Shown: piece by piece, positions 38,601-45,040 of the stretch | Layout: the number at the start of each line of letters is the position of its first letter | Position numbering within the stretch: the stretch's first letter is position 1 | Origin: an uncultured bacterium | Lineage (GTDB): Bacteria; Patescibacteriota; Saccharimonadia; Saccharimonadales; 2-12-FULL-41-12 | NCBI GenBank assembly: GCA_963834265.1 | Contig: CAWIAU010000001.1 | Coordinates: 263,572-327,571, forward strand | Direction of reading: 5' to 3' | DNA: 64,000 nt | Made by a program: the position numbers and the translations under genes | Notes under the pieces: model-generated | What the model was told of the DNA's origin: nothing | The model's input: the letters and a program-made list of their open reading frames with translations, nothing else | Databases searched by the model: none

Positions 38601-41272
38601 CCACCTTTGCCGGCGCTCTTACGGGCAATGTCACCGGTAATGTCACCGGCAACGCTTCAACCGCTACCGCTCTGGCTAACAATCCGACAGATTGCGGAGC
38701 CAACCAGTTCGCCATTACCATTGCCGCCAGCGGTAACCTGACCTGCGTGTCCTTAACAGATCTGGATATACCGAACAACATTACAATTGATCTGGCTGCC
38801 GCCGCTACCGCGCTGGCTAACAACCCCACTGACTGTAGCGCTGATACTTACGCTACTACTATCGCTGCCAGCGGTAACCTGACTTGTGCTTCCATTACCG
38901 ACGCTTCATTATCTGCTAACGTCACTAAACTGGGCAGTAGTATCCAAAACAGTGAAGTAGACGACGACCTGACTATTAGTGCTTCCGGCAGCGTGGCTGA
39001 CGGAGCTTTAAGTGTCAACGTGACTAAACTGGGGACTGCCATAGACCTGGCTACAGCTGAGGTAGCCGGTAATCTGAGAGCTAATAATCTGCAGAGTGCC
39101 GGAGCCGACCTTGGCGCGACTAATGTTAACATTGACCTGAGCAATACCAACGGAGCCTTCGTCACCAACTTAACTCTGGATGGCAGCATAACCGCACCAA
39201 TAGTGCAGAATGCTGGAGCAATAACGCTAGGCACGACGGCAACAGCCGGAGGGGACGATATAGTACTACAAACAGCTGGAGTCGAGCGGTTTAGAATATT
39301 AGAAAACGGCAATATATCCAACGCCAATAGCTGGACAATAGATTTGTCCAGTACCTCTGCCAGGACGCTTACTGTAACCAATAGCAATACTGGTGTGGCC
39401 AGCTTGAGTGTCGAAGGAGGAGGTACTTTTGGCAATACGCTTACCGTATCGACTGGAGGACTGACAGTAACAGGGAACAGCACCATTACGGGTACACTTA
39501 CCGGTCTCACAGGTCTGACGGTGGCTTCAGGTGGGGCATCTGTTAGTGGCGGCCTAAATAATAATAGTGGAGGTATTACTAATGCCGGAGCAATCTCTGG
39601 CGCTACGACGATATCTGCATCAGGGGCAGTAACTGCCGCCACCGTCACCAATACAATAAATGGCCTGATAATTAATTCGGGCGCAGTATCGGGAGCCACA
39701 ACTATATCAGCTTCAGGCAACATTTCGATTAACGGAACTAATGTGTATACGCAAAACAGCCAGAACGGCATAACCGTAGCTGCCTGTGCAGCTGATCAAT
39801 ATATAGGTAATGGAGTAAGGCTATCCGGTGGAATTGTTACAGCTGGTTCTTGCAGGACTGATGCGACCGGTATTTCTGACTCAAGGCTAAAAGATAATGT
39901 ATCTGAGTACGATTCTTCAAACATATTAGATAAGTTAGCTCAACTTAAGCCAGTTACTTATAATTTTAATGACACGTATAAAGATCTAACTGGTAAACAA
40001 GAGGACCAAGGACTTCAATATGGTTTCTTGGCTCAGGATATGAGGAATATTTTTCCGGACTTAATTAGCGAATATAACGACAGTGGTTATTTGCAAATAA
40101 ATTACCATGCGCTCTATGCGATCCTGACTTCTTCTGTCCTGGAATTAGATAAAAAAGTTAAAAATCTCAGCATGAATAGCTTCACCGATCTTGATGGCAG
40201 CGGACTCGAGATTAAGCTAAAATACGACCAGAAATTTAGTATTAAAAATGAGCAGAACGAAGACAAAGCTGTTATTGATGCTCAAGGCAATGCGATATTT
40301 GACGGTGAAATTACAACAAGAAGTATAAATGCCGGATCAATCTTAACTTCTGGTGTTGGTCAGCGGTATGATGCTGCCGATACGGATCTTGAGACAGGGG
40401 AAGTCGTAATCGTTGATGATAACGGACAAGTGCACCGCTCAACTGCAGCCAACCAGAGAGGTCTTATTGGAGTAATTAGTAGCAATGGGGGACTTATGGT
40501 CGGCTCAAGTTCCAGTAGCAATAGTGTCAACGTAGCTGCGGCAGGAAATGTGAGTGTAAGAGTTTCTACGGAGAATGGTGTTATAAGTGCCGGTGATCCA
40601 TTAACTTCATCATCGATTCCAGGTGTGGCCATGAAATCCAGCGGCGGCTCCACAATAGGAGTGGCCACAAGCGGATTCAGCGGTTCCGGACAAGGGCAAA
40701 TTACAATGAGTGCGAGCAACAATAGCTCGAGCTTAGCAGGATTAGGTGATCTGAATAGTCTCGAAAATAAAGTTAGTGATCTGGAGGAGCAGGTTCAGAC
40801 TATCCAAAATGGGCTTCAAACAAACGGTGGACAAAATATTGACCTCACCAACCTAACCATAGGCCGAGCTACTATTACACTGGATATGTTGGTTGAGGGG
40901 GCTCTGATAGTCAATGGACCTGCTGAGTTCAAGGGTAGCACGATCTTTGATAGCATCGTAACCTTTGGAGACAGCATTATGGTGAATGGCGACCTAAGCG
41001 TCAAAGGTACAGCTACGTTTAATAATAATGCCGGGGGATATGCTGTTATTTCGGCTGGCAAACAATCCGTTCATGTTAGCTTCACTAAGCCTTATGCTAC
41101 TCCTCCAATTGTCAATATATCACTGGGCGGAGGTCAGTTTGCTCAATACGCCTACAACAATGTTACGGAAACAGGCTTTGATATAGTTCTGGCAATACCG
41201 GCATCATCGAACCTGCAGTTTACTTGGACTGCTATGAGCATCAACAGCGCCAACACCTTTGTTCAGAACTAA
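29681..41272 (+). CDS. giant membrane-anchored fibre-like protein 2 (3,863 aa): 2 x HTH, TM, collagen, repeats, S74-type domain
   Basis: Uninterrupted 11,592-nt ORF. Residues 13-60 and 66-113 are MerR/excisionase-type HTH (VTVGDAAELLGVSIDTVRRWEKSGKL..). The TM helix spans residues 184-207. There are about 22 Gly-X-Y triplets and 5.17 identical 331-aa repeats. ISDSRLKDNV..YGFLAQDMRNIFPDLI..LQINYHALYAIL is the S74 pattern, and 465 aa run from the Ser to the C-terminus. Confidence 0.9.
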   Translation: MYQETQTKSRSRVYVTVGDAAELLGVSIDTVRRWEKSGKLHAKRLDGKNRYFPKDELEQFRAHQPLSTTEVAKRLKTSASSVRRLEASGQITADRAENGKRLYSLASIVDYLESKSAPLQPAISDKQELASGVALNQVTPMPALTIAPPPRQHTPRHGLKHHLQQPKKLWATHSGRLNYHIFQKVIIYSATACVSVVMILTLFFLMFPGTARTTFYNQSHNSGKQFVSKQADGLLVRAFKPFTNAALGVVEVVNPEVRNTIQPRAIDDVNEVFAPDSQGNIITRYTFSPPNSSYLKIPDQGLVTNLNSEFVGGYKPGEKKGDLAILPLGGDQLKDKSLNGDQLADGAIKLSHLSPTLIASLKSGGTGGSTFVSGAGSAGPAGPSGVNGAAGAAGANGAPGSQGVAGPAGAAGPAGSQGANGAPGAPGAQGPTGPQGPPGAGATIALQESDGSPLVSGVSNIQFGPTSNSSDEFILTDLTGGQVRIQLGTTVLLTTNYTTTLDPIYLNIGESPGIGDITGSFSGGLQVAPDAVALGTDTTGNYLTTLSGSTGLIVSGSGSENAAASIALDVVTTGTTGLSSANSGLELGPDGLRLLGGCATNHVLKWNGTTWACATDNSSSAADVKENGVIITPTATAIDFFGSDFNVTNNVTQANIALDYINSGITRRTGAEIISGNWAFNDNSFTLQDNADSSKKLAIELSGITTGTTRTLTAPNASGTIISTGNLTDIVNVGTLTSGVWQGSVVAVQYGGTGANTFTSNGLLYGNGNSAVQATSAGTAGQLLVANASSVPTFATLSGDATLSGAGLLTLANSGVTANTYGSSTQVPVFAVDSKGRITNVTNTTITGVAPGGTAGGDLSGTYPNPSVSRINGVALGSTTATGGNLLLANGTSWVSQALSGDLSVNGAGVASIANNAISTSKILDANVTNIKLANSSLTVMAGTGLSGGGAISLGGTTTLNLANTAVSAGSYGSSSAVPTFTVDSQGRLTMAGNTTLANAGLQNSSLTLTAGNGLAGGGSVALGASTSLNVQYGAIANTSVQGNTQITCTPGAGNLSGGGTVITLGSGGACGAINTNAAVNFATSVTTPLLTSIGPITIQSDPSVGSDDIIFNSAGSEIFRLLETGEFKFERGSNDAFFSIATPSGAPATYTFSGVSGTVLTSSNFSSSLDSSYVNIGESPSAGDINGSFGGGLSIGSDAVALGTDTTGNYLATLSGGTGLTVTGSGSESAAVTLALDVITTGTTATTNSNSGLELGSDGLRLLGGCASNEILKWNGSTWACAADNGTGAAPTLQENYDNDPNGANVIIGLSNVDGGIFIRDNASPIGGNLFAVQSDGGSTTYLGITASGSSVSGTFSATGAINGATISGGSLNSTSVNGLSVSGGIITVGTWNGTALTDSYVSDTLTSSIFIGSGSTSNAVDLASAEVAGSLADGNVSDTLTIGASGSVADGALSVNVTKLGTAIDLATAEVAGNLRANNLQSAGADLGATNVNIDLSNTNGSFVTNLTVDGTITAATFAGNLTGNVTGNASTATALANNPTDCGANQFAITIAASGNLTCAALTDADIPNNITIDLAANATTAVNLVGSGSTTNAVDLATAEVSGNLRANNLQNAAADLGGADVNINLSNTNGSFVTNLTVDGTITAATFAGALTGNVTGNVTGNASTATALANNPTDCGANQFAITIAASGNLTCVSLTDLDIPNNITIDLAAAATALANNPTDCSADTYATTIAASGNLTCASITDASLSANVTKLGSSIQNSEVDDDLTISASGSVADGALSVNVTKLGTAIDLATAEVAGNLRANNLQSAGADLGATNVNIDLSNTNGSFVTNLTVDGTITAATFAGNLTGNVTGNASTATALANNPTDCGANQFAITIAASGNLTCAALTDADIPNNITIDLAANATTAVNLVGSGSTTNAVDLATAEVSGNLRANNLQNAAADLGGADVNINLSNTNGSFVTNLTVDGTITAATFAGALTGNVTGNVTGNASTATALANNPTDCGANQFAITIAASGNLTCVSLTDLDIPNNITIDLAAAATALANNPTDCSADTYATTIAASGNLTCASITDASLSANVTKLGSSIQNSEVDDDLTISASGSVADGALSVNVTKLGTAIDLATAEVAGNLRANNLQSAGADLGATNVNIDLSNTNGSFVTNLTVDGTITAATFAGNLTGNVTGNASTATALANNPTDCGANQFAITIAASGNLTCAALTDADIPNNITIDLAANATTAVNLVGSGSTTNAVDLATAEVSGNLRANNLQNAAADLGGADVNINLSNTNGSFVTNLTVDGTITAATFAGALTGNVTGNVTGNASTATALANNPTDCGANQFAITIAASGNLTCVSLTDLDIPNNITIDLAAAATALANNPTDCSADTYATTIAASGNLTCASITDASLSANVTKLGSSIQNSEVDDDLTISASGSVADGALSVNVTKLGTAIDLATAEVAGNLRANNLQSAGADLGATNVNIDLSNTNGSFVTNLTVDGTITAATFAGNLTGNVTGNASTATALANNPTDCGANQFAITIAASGNLTCAALTDADIPNNITIDLAANATTAVNLVGSGSTTNAVDLATAEVSGNLRANNLQNAAADLGGADVNINLSNTNGSFVTNLTVDGTITAATFAGALTGNVTGNVTGNASTATALANNPTDCGANQFAITIAASGNLTCVSLTDLDIPNNITIDLAAAATALANNPTDCSADTYATTIAASGNLTCASITDASLSANVTKLGSSIQNSEVDDDLTISASGSVADGALSVNVTKLGTAIDLATAEVAGNLRANNLQSAGADLGATNVNIDLSNTNGSFVTNLTVDGTITAATFAGNLTGNVTGNASTATALANNPTDCGANQFAITIAASGNLTCAALTDADIPNNITIDLAANATTAVNLVGSGSTTNAVDLATAEVSGNLRANNLQNAAADLGGADVNINLSNTNGSFVTNLTVDGTITAATFAGALTGNVTGNVTGNASTATALANNPTDCGANQFAITIAASGNLTCVSLTDLDIPNNITIDLAAAATALANNPTDCSADTYATTIAASGNLTCASITDASLSANVTKLGSSIQNSEVDDDLTISASGSVADGALSVNVTKLGTAIDLATAEVAGNLRANNLQSAGADLGATNVNIDLSNTNGAFVTNLTLDGSITAPIVQNAGAITLGTTATAGGDDIVLQTAGVERFRILENGNISNANSWTIDLSSTSARTLTVTNSNTGVASLSVEGGGTFGNTLTVSTGGLTVTGNSTITGTLTGLTGLTVASGGASVSGGLNNNSGGITNAGAISGATTISASGAVTAATVTNTINGLIINSGAVSGATTISASGNISINGTNVYTQNSQNGITVAACAADQYIGNGVRLSGGIVTAGSCRTDATGISDSRLKDNVSEYDSSNILDKLAQLKPVTYNFNDTYKDLTGKQEDQGLQYGFLAQDMRNIFPDLISEYNDSGYLQINYHALYAILTSSVLELDKKVKNLSMNSFTDLDGSGLEIKLKYDQKFSIKNEQNEDKAVIDAQGNAIFDGEITTRSINAGSILTSGVGQRYDAADTDLETGEVVIVDDNGQVHRSTAANQRGLIGVISSNGGLMVGSSSSSNSVNVAAAGNVSVRVSTENGVISAGDPLTSSSIPGVAMKSSGGSTIGVATSGFSGSGQGQITMSASNNSSSLAGLGDLNSLENKVSDLEEQVQTIQNGLQTNGGQNIDLTNLTIGRATITLDMLVEGALIVNGPAEFKGSTIFDSIVTFGDSIMVNGDLSVKGTATFNNNAGGYAVISAGKQSVHVSFTKPYATPPIVNISLGGGQFAQYAYNNVTETGFDIVLAIPASSNLQFTWTAMSINSANTFVQN
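30800..31006 (+). repeat. collagen-like Gly-X-Y tract (~22 uninterrupted triplets)
   Basis: GAGSAGPAGPSGVNGAAGAAGANGAPGSQGVAGPAGAAGPAGSQGANGAPGAPGAQGPTGPQGPPGAGA, with Gly at every third position. Confidence 0.9.
34013..39152 (+). repeat. in-frame tandem repeat, 5.17 x 993 bp, no differences seen between copies; each unit has degenerate internal sub-repeats
   Basis: TGCTTCCGGCAGCG occurs at 34015, 35008 ... 38980 (5 x 993). The antisense ORFs recur at exactly 993-bp spacing with identical translations. Confidence 0.95.
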
Positions 41273-41341
41273 AGTTCGCTTGCGGGTCACAGGTTAAAAG
41301 GCTACAATTACAAGCATAAACGAAAAGGGAGAAACAACATA

Positions 41342-41974
41342 ATGCCGAGTATTCACGTGGAAGAGCCAATACCAGAGAAAGAACCAAATGAGCCGAAATT
41401 GGAAACTCCGGATAAAGCAATAAAATCCGAACCAGAGGAAATTACACCGGAAACTAAATCTGAATCTGTGGCAGAACCAGCCACTGCGTCACCGGTTGCG
41501 CAAGCACCAGTCACTGGGCGTTCGCATTTGGACTACAAGAAGTTTATTTTTCCCGGAAGCTTTGTGATACTGCTGGCTCTTATTATTCTGGTTATTAGTC
41601 TTGTCAATGACAGGAGTCAGTTGAAGCAGGAGAATTCGCGGCTTTCAAGCCAAACGCAGAAATCTACCCAGGATCAGAGCAATAAAGAAGCAGAAGATCT
41701 CAAAAAAGAGATCAGCCAATATTTGGAATTGCCGGCAGATGAAGTACCTACTGTAGCTACCGTGGTGGATGCTAACAAAGTAAAAGGGCAGAGCTTCTTT
41801 GTGAACGCACAGAATGGCGATAAAGTATTGTTGTTTGCTACAAGTGGCAAAGCCATTCTGTACAGACCAGGTACTAAAAAAATTGTCGAAGTTTCTCCGA
41901 TTAATTTAAATCAAAACCAACAATCAGGCACTCCACCTCCGTCCACTACTCTCACCCCCAAAACGAGCCGATGA
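41342..41974 (+). CDS. single-pass membrane protein, partner of giant 2 (paralog of 27452-27922)
   Basis: RBS AAGGGAG. Acidic N-terminus. TM segment FIFPGSFVILLALIILVISLV. C-terminal domain ..PTVATVVDANKVKGQSFFVNAQNGDKVLLFATSGKAILYRPGTKKIVEVSPINL. Confidence 0.75.
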   Translation: MPSIHVEEPIPEKEPNEPKLETPDKAIKSEPEEITPETKSESVAEPATASPVAQAPVTGRSHLDYKKFIFPGSFVILLALIILVISLVNDRSQLKQENSRLSSQTQKSTQDQSNKEAEDLKKEISQYLELPADEVPTVATVVDANKVKGQSFFVNAQNGDKVLLFATSGKAILYRPGTKKIVEVSPINLNQNQQSGTPPPSTTLTPKTSR

Positions 41975-42041
41975 TATGAGTTGACAACATAAACGCAATG
42001 TGCTAGCATAAGTACATTCGAAAGAAGTAAAGCGAGGGTTT

Positions 42042-42069
42042 TCCGCTTAGAAGCGGGGAGCCCTTTTTT
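42042..42069 (+). terminator. rho-independent terminator
   Basis: Hairpin CCGCT-TAGA-AGCGG within GGG..CCC, followed by T6 (42064-42069). Confidence 0.55.
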
Positions 42070-42111
42070 ATTTCACTCGAGGCAGGAATAATTTAAGGGA
42101 GGCCAAATACA

Positions 42112-42309
42112 ATGGCAGGAACTAAGACCGGCGGCAAAGCAGCTGCTACTACTAACAAAACTAAATACGGTGCTGATTTTTATGCAAAAATCGGTGCTAT
42201 GGGTGGTAAAAAGGGTCGCACCGGCGGCTTTTACGCTAACCGCGAGCTTGCCCGCGAAGCTGGTGCAAAAGGTGGCCGCATAAGCCGCCGTACCAAAAAA
42301 ACAGTTTAA
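42112..42309 (+). CDS. KGG-repeat general stress protein (YciG-like)
   Basis: RBS AGGGAGG. Repeated GG(K/R)KG../..EAGAKGG motifs (GGKKGRTGGFYANRELAREAGAKGG). Confidence 0.75.
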   Translation: MAGTKTGGKAAATTNKTKYGADFYAKIGAMGGKKGRTGGFYANRELAREAGAKGGRISRRTKKTV

Positions 42310-42824
42310 GTTCTGTAAACTTTGGCTGCAGACAGAACCTTCCGTACGGAAGGTTCTGTCTTTTTGCGGTATACACGACAGAAACGATCATGTCCGACTT
42401 TCCACTGGTGGCCGCAGTTGATGCACTTATACTGACCACTTGATTGCTCCAGACCGGCTTGTGCACAAACCGTACATTTACTTCTCTCGTGGAGCCAATC
42501 CCGGTAGCTATCAATGCATTGCTCTATATGCTCTTCGTCGATATTATGACCATATGTGCCGGCAAGTTCTTTTGCTGTCTGCCAGGCCTCTGTTTCCATT
42601 TGTAACAGAGCTATGTCGGAGTTATAGGCTGAGTGAAGGCTAAGCATATGGCCCGTTTCGTGTAGTAAAGACCAGATATCATTCTCTGATTTTGGTGCAT
42701 AACAGACTGTTTTATCCTGAGGAGACCAACTGAAAATATCAGCTTCCACAAAATTAATATCAGGAAAATCCTTTTGCAGCTGATCAAGCAACGGTCTAAG
42801 CCCGGTGTTGTAGTGCGAACTCAT
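42306..42824 (-). CDS. putative zinc metallopeptidase (HExxH, ImmA/IrrE-like) with C-terminal zinc ribbon
   Basis: LLHETGHMLSLH contains the HExxH motif. CTVC..(x14)..CINCG gives a 4-Cys ribbon. The C-terminal ~20 codons run through the terminator hairpin. Confidence 0.6.
   Translation of the reverse strand: MSSHYNTGLRPLLDQLQKDFPDINFVEADIFSWSPQDKTVCYAPKSENDIWSLLHETGHMLSLHSAYNSDIALLQMETEAWQTAKELAGTYGHNIDEEHIEQCIDSYRDWLHERSKCTVCAQAGLEQSSGQYKCINCGHQWKVGHDRFCRVYRKKTEPSVRKVLSAAKVYRT
42331..42365. terminator. strong terminator hairpin between convergent genes
   Basis: 13-bp perfect stem GACAGAACCTTCC-GTAC-GGAAGGTTCTGTC followed by T5 (42361-42365). It lies inside the 3' end of the minus-strand ORF. 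Confidence 0.75.
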
Positions 42825-43611
42825 AACATCCGTAGATTACTGCTTCTTCCGGTCTCCGGGCAACGACAACGGGAGGAATTCTGTCGTGGCCTTCCCGGGA
42901 TAATTCTTTCAGCCAGTCTTGCAAAGGGGTCTCAAACTTCGGAAGATTAGCTCCGGCACCGCCACCGATTACTACGACATCCGGTGTCAGAATCAGACAA
43001 ATATTATATAAACCCATAGCAATGTCTTTGGTGATAGCATGCCATATCTCCGGATCAGTAATCTCGCTTGCCCGCTGCCCGTATTTAGCTACAATTGCTT
43101 TGCCTGATGCAAAGCTTTCCCAGGACTGAAACTTCCCGGAACGCTCATAAACCATCTGGCCTATTTCCGAATCAATTGTATTAACATCGATTACACCGTT
43201 TACAACCAATGCTCCGCCAATTCCTGTACTTATCGTAATATACAGCACTTTTTTATACTCATCTTTCAGCAGCATTGCTTCGCTTAAGCCGGCTAGTTTC
43301 GAATCATTTTCCAGTGAAATAGGGCAGGATACCATTGCCGACACGTCACTCACTAAAGACACGTTATCCCAGGCAAGCGCCGAGCCGCCGGAGATCAGAA
43401 TCCCTCCGGAACGATCAATATCCCCCCGACATCCAATTGCACAACCGGAAAATATTTTTGTGGTCATTTTTGCTACAGTATTTTCCAAAGTAATCAGGAA
43501 TTCTTCATATTTTTGTGATGTTTCGAACTTAATACTTTCCGTAACTTCACCCTCTGCAGAAAAGACTGCCAGTAAGGTTTTGGTGCCACCGATGTCGATT
43601 GCCAGATACAT
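42796..43611 (-). CDS. ROK family sugar kinase (glucokinase-like)
   Basis: ATG at 43611 (MYLAIDIGGTKTLLAV..). Also GIGGALVVNG and VVIGGGAGAN. The 289-aa ORF adds 18 unlikely residues. Confidence 0.85.
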   Translation of the reverse strand: MYLAIDIGGTKTLLAVFSAEGEVTESIKFETSQKYEEFLITLENTVAKMTTKIFSGCAIGCRGDIDRSGGILISGGSALAWDNVSLVSDVSAMVSCPISLENDSKLAGLSEAMLLKDEYKKVLYITISTGIGGALVVNGVIDVNTIDSEIGQMVYERSGKFQSWESFASGKAIVAKYGQRASEITDPEIWHAITKDIAMGLYNICLILTPDVVVIGGGAGANLPKFETPLQDWLKELSREGHDRIPPVVVARRPEEAVIYGCYEFALQHRA

Positions 43612-43766
43612 AATTAACAAGTATACAGGAGCCCGGAGCCGGGAACCAGCAGTTAGTAAAGACACCTCTCCTTTACTTTCAGGGGTAAAGCATTTATAAT
43701 TGCGTATAACACTGAACGGGGTACTGGCTTACGAGCTACCGCAGTAATTAAGGAGGCATGAAATTC

Positions 43767-44831
43767 ATGTCTAAAACAGCAATAACGATGGATGAGCTTC
43801 TCGAAGCAAATCCGGGGCAGCATATTAAAACGGGCGATGTCGTGGAGGGTGTTGTAAGTGGGGTACGCAAGCATGAGGTCTGGGTGGATCTGGGCGCTCA
43901 GGGCGTGGGCATTGTTATGCGCCGGGAAATCGGTCATGGCGTAGCGGTAGAAATCGGCCAGAAGATCACAACCAGCGTCGTAGATCCCGAAATGGACGAA
44001 GGTTACGCGCTGCTTAGTGTCAAGCGAGCCGTCAAAGATCGCGGCTGGGACGAGTTGCAAAAATTATTTGATGATCAGGAAATTATCGAACTTACTGCCT
44101 ATGACGCCAACAGAGGCGGCTTACTTGTTGAACTGGAAGGAATCAGAGGATTTCTGCCGGTTTCACAACTGGCTGCCGGACATTATCCCCGTGTTTCCGG
44201 AGCCGATAAGGATGAAATTTTGCAGAAGCTGAATTCTCTCATTAATCAGCCGCTGCGGGTTCGCATTCTCGATGTTAGTCGCAAGGATAACAAATTGATC
44301 TTTTCCGAGAAAGAAGCTATCAAGGACGACATGCAGGTTATGTTCTCCAGGCTTGCTGTCGGAGACACTGTGAATGGTGTGGTAACCGGTGTGATTGATT
44401 TCGGCGCTTTCGTAAATGTACAGGGTATCGAAGGCCTGATTCATATTTCCGAAATCTCATGGGAGCGGGTAGAAGATCCGCGTGATTACATCAAGACCGG
44501 ACAGGAAGTTGAGGCCAAGATTATTGCAATCGATAAAGACCGTTTATCTCTGAGCCTCAAGCAGACACAAGATGACCCGTGGCTCAACGAAGTTAAATCT
44601 TTCAAAGTCGGCTCTATGGTTGACGGCAAAGTAACCAGGATTACTCCTTTCGGCGCGTTCGTACAGTTGAGCCCGGCAGTCGAAGCTCTGGTCCATGTCT
44701 CAGAAATGAGCAGCGATGATTCAGTTGATCCCGAAAAAATCTTCCACCTCAACGAGAACAAAAAGTTCAAAGTAATCGATATTGATACCGAATCCCGCAA
44801 AATTGCACTCAGCCTTAAGGAAGCAAAGTAG
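43767..44831 (+). CDS. rpsA: 30S ribosomal protein S1 (4 S1 domains)
   Basis: Four S1/OB repeats (GDVVEGVVSGV.., ..LLVELEGIRGFLPVSQL, GDTVNGVVTGVIDFGAFVNV.., GSMVDGKVTRITPFGAFVQL). AAGGAGG lies 10 nt before ATG 43767. ATG 43758 is an alternative start. Confidence 0.9.
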   Translation: MSKTAITMDELLEANPGQHIKTGDVVEGVVSGVRKHEVWVDLGAQGVGIVMRREIGHGVAVEIGQKITTSVVDPEMDEGYALLSVKRAVKDRGWDELQKLFDDQEIIELTAYDANRGGLLVELEGIRGFLPVSQLAAGHYPRVSGADKDEILQKLNSLINQPLRVRILDVSRKDNKLIFSEKEAIKDDMQVMFSRLAVGDTVNGVVTGVIDFGAFVNVQGIEGLIHISEISWERVEDPRDYIKTGQEVEAKIIAIDKDRLSLSLKQTQDDPWLNEVKSFKVGSMVDGKVTRITPFGAFVQLSPAVEALVHVSEMSSDDSVDPEKIFHLNENKKFKVIDIDTESRKIALSLKEAK

Positions 44832-45040
44832 CCGGAAGCTTCCTGTAGAAGCACGGCAACCTGATTCATCACCATGGCACGTACAGTTAGACCTCATTTA
44901 CAATCCTCTCTGACCTACAATCTATTTTCAGGGCAATCCACTAATTTTTTGCTCCAAAAAGTAGGCGTAAGCTACTATTTTGATCAAAAAATTACCAGAT
45001 TACACCCGAAAATCGCTTTCGCTATCAGAGGAGATTATAA

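Noticed and set aside
33883-39771. Six long antisense ORFs (307-324 aa) tiled at 993-bp spacing inside giant gene 2, plus smaller antisense ORFs in giant gene 1
   Set aside because: They mirror the sense-strand repeat. Their translations are low-complexity (Ala/Leu/Val/Pro/Arg-rich) with no motifs. They exist only because the Ala/Gly/Thr/Asn-rich sense codons lack antisense stops. The sense ORF is continuous across 11.6 kb and has recognisable domains.
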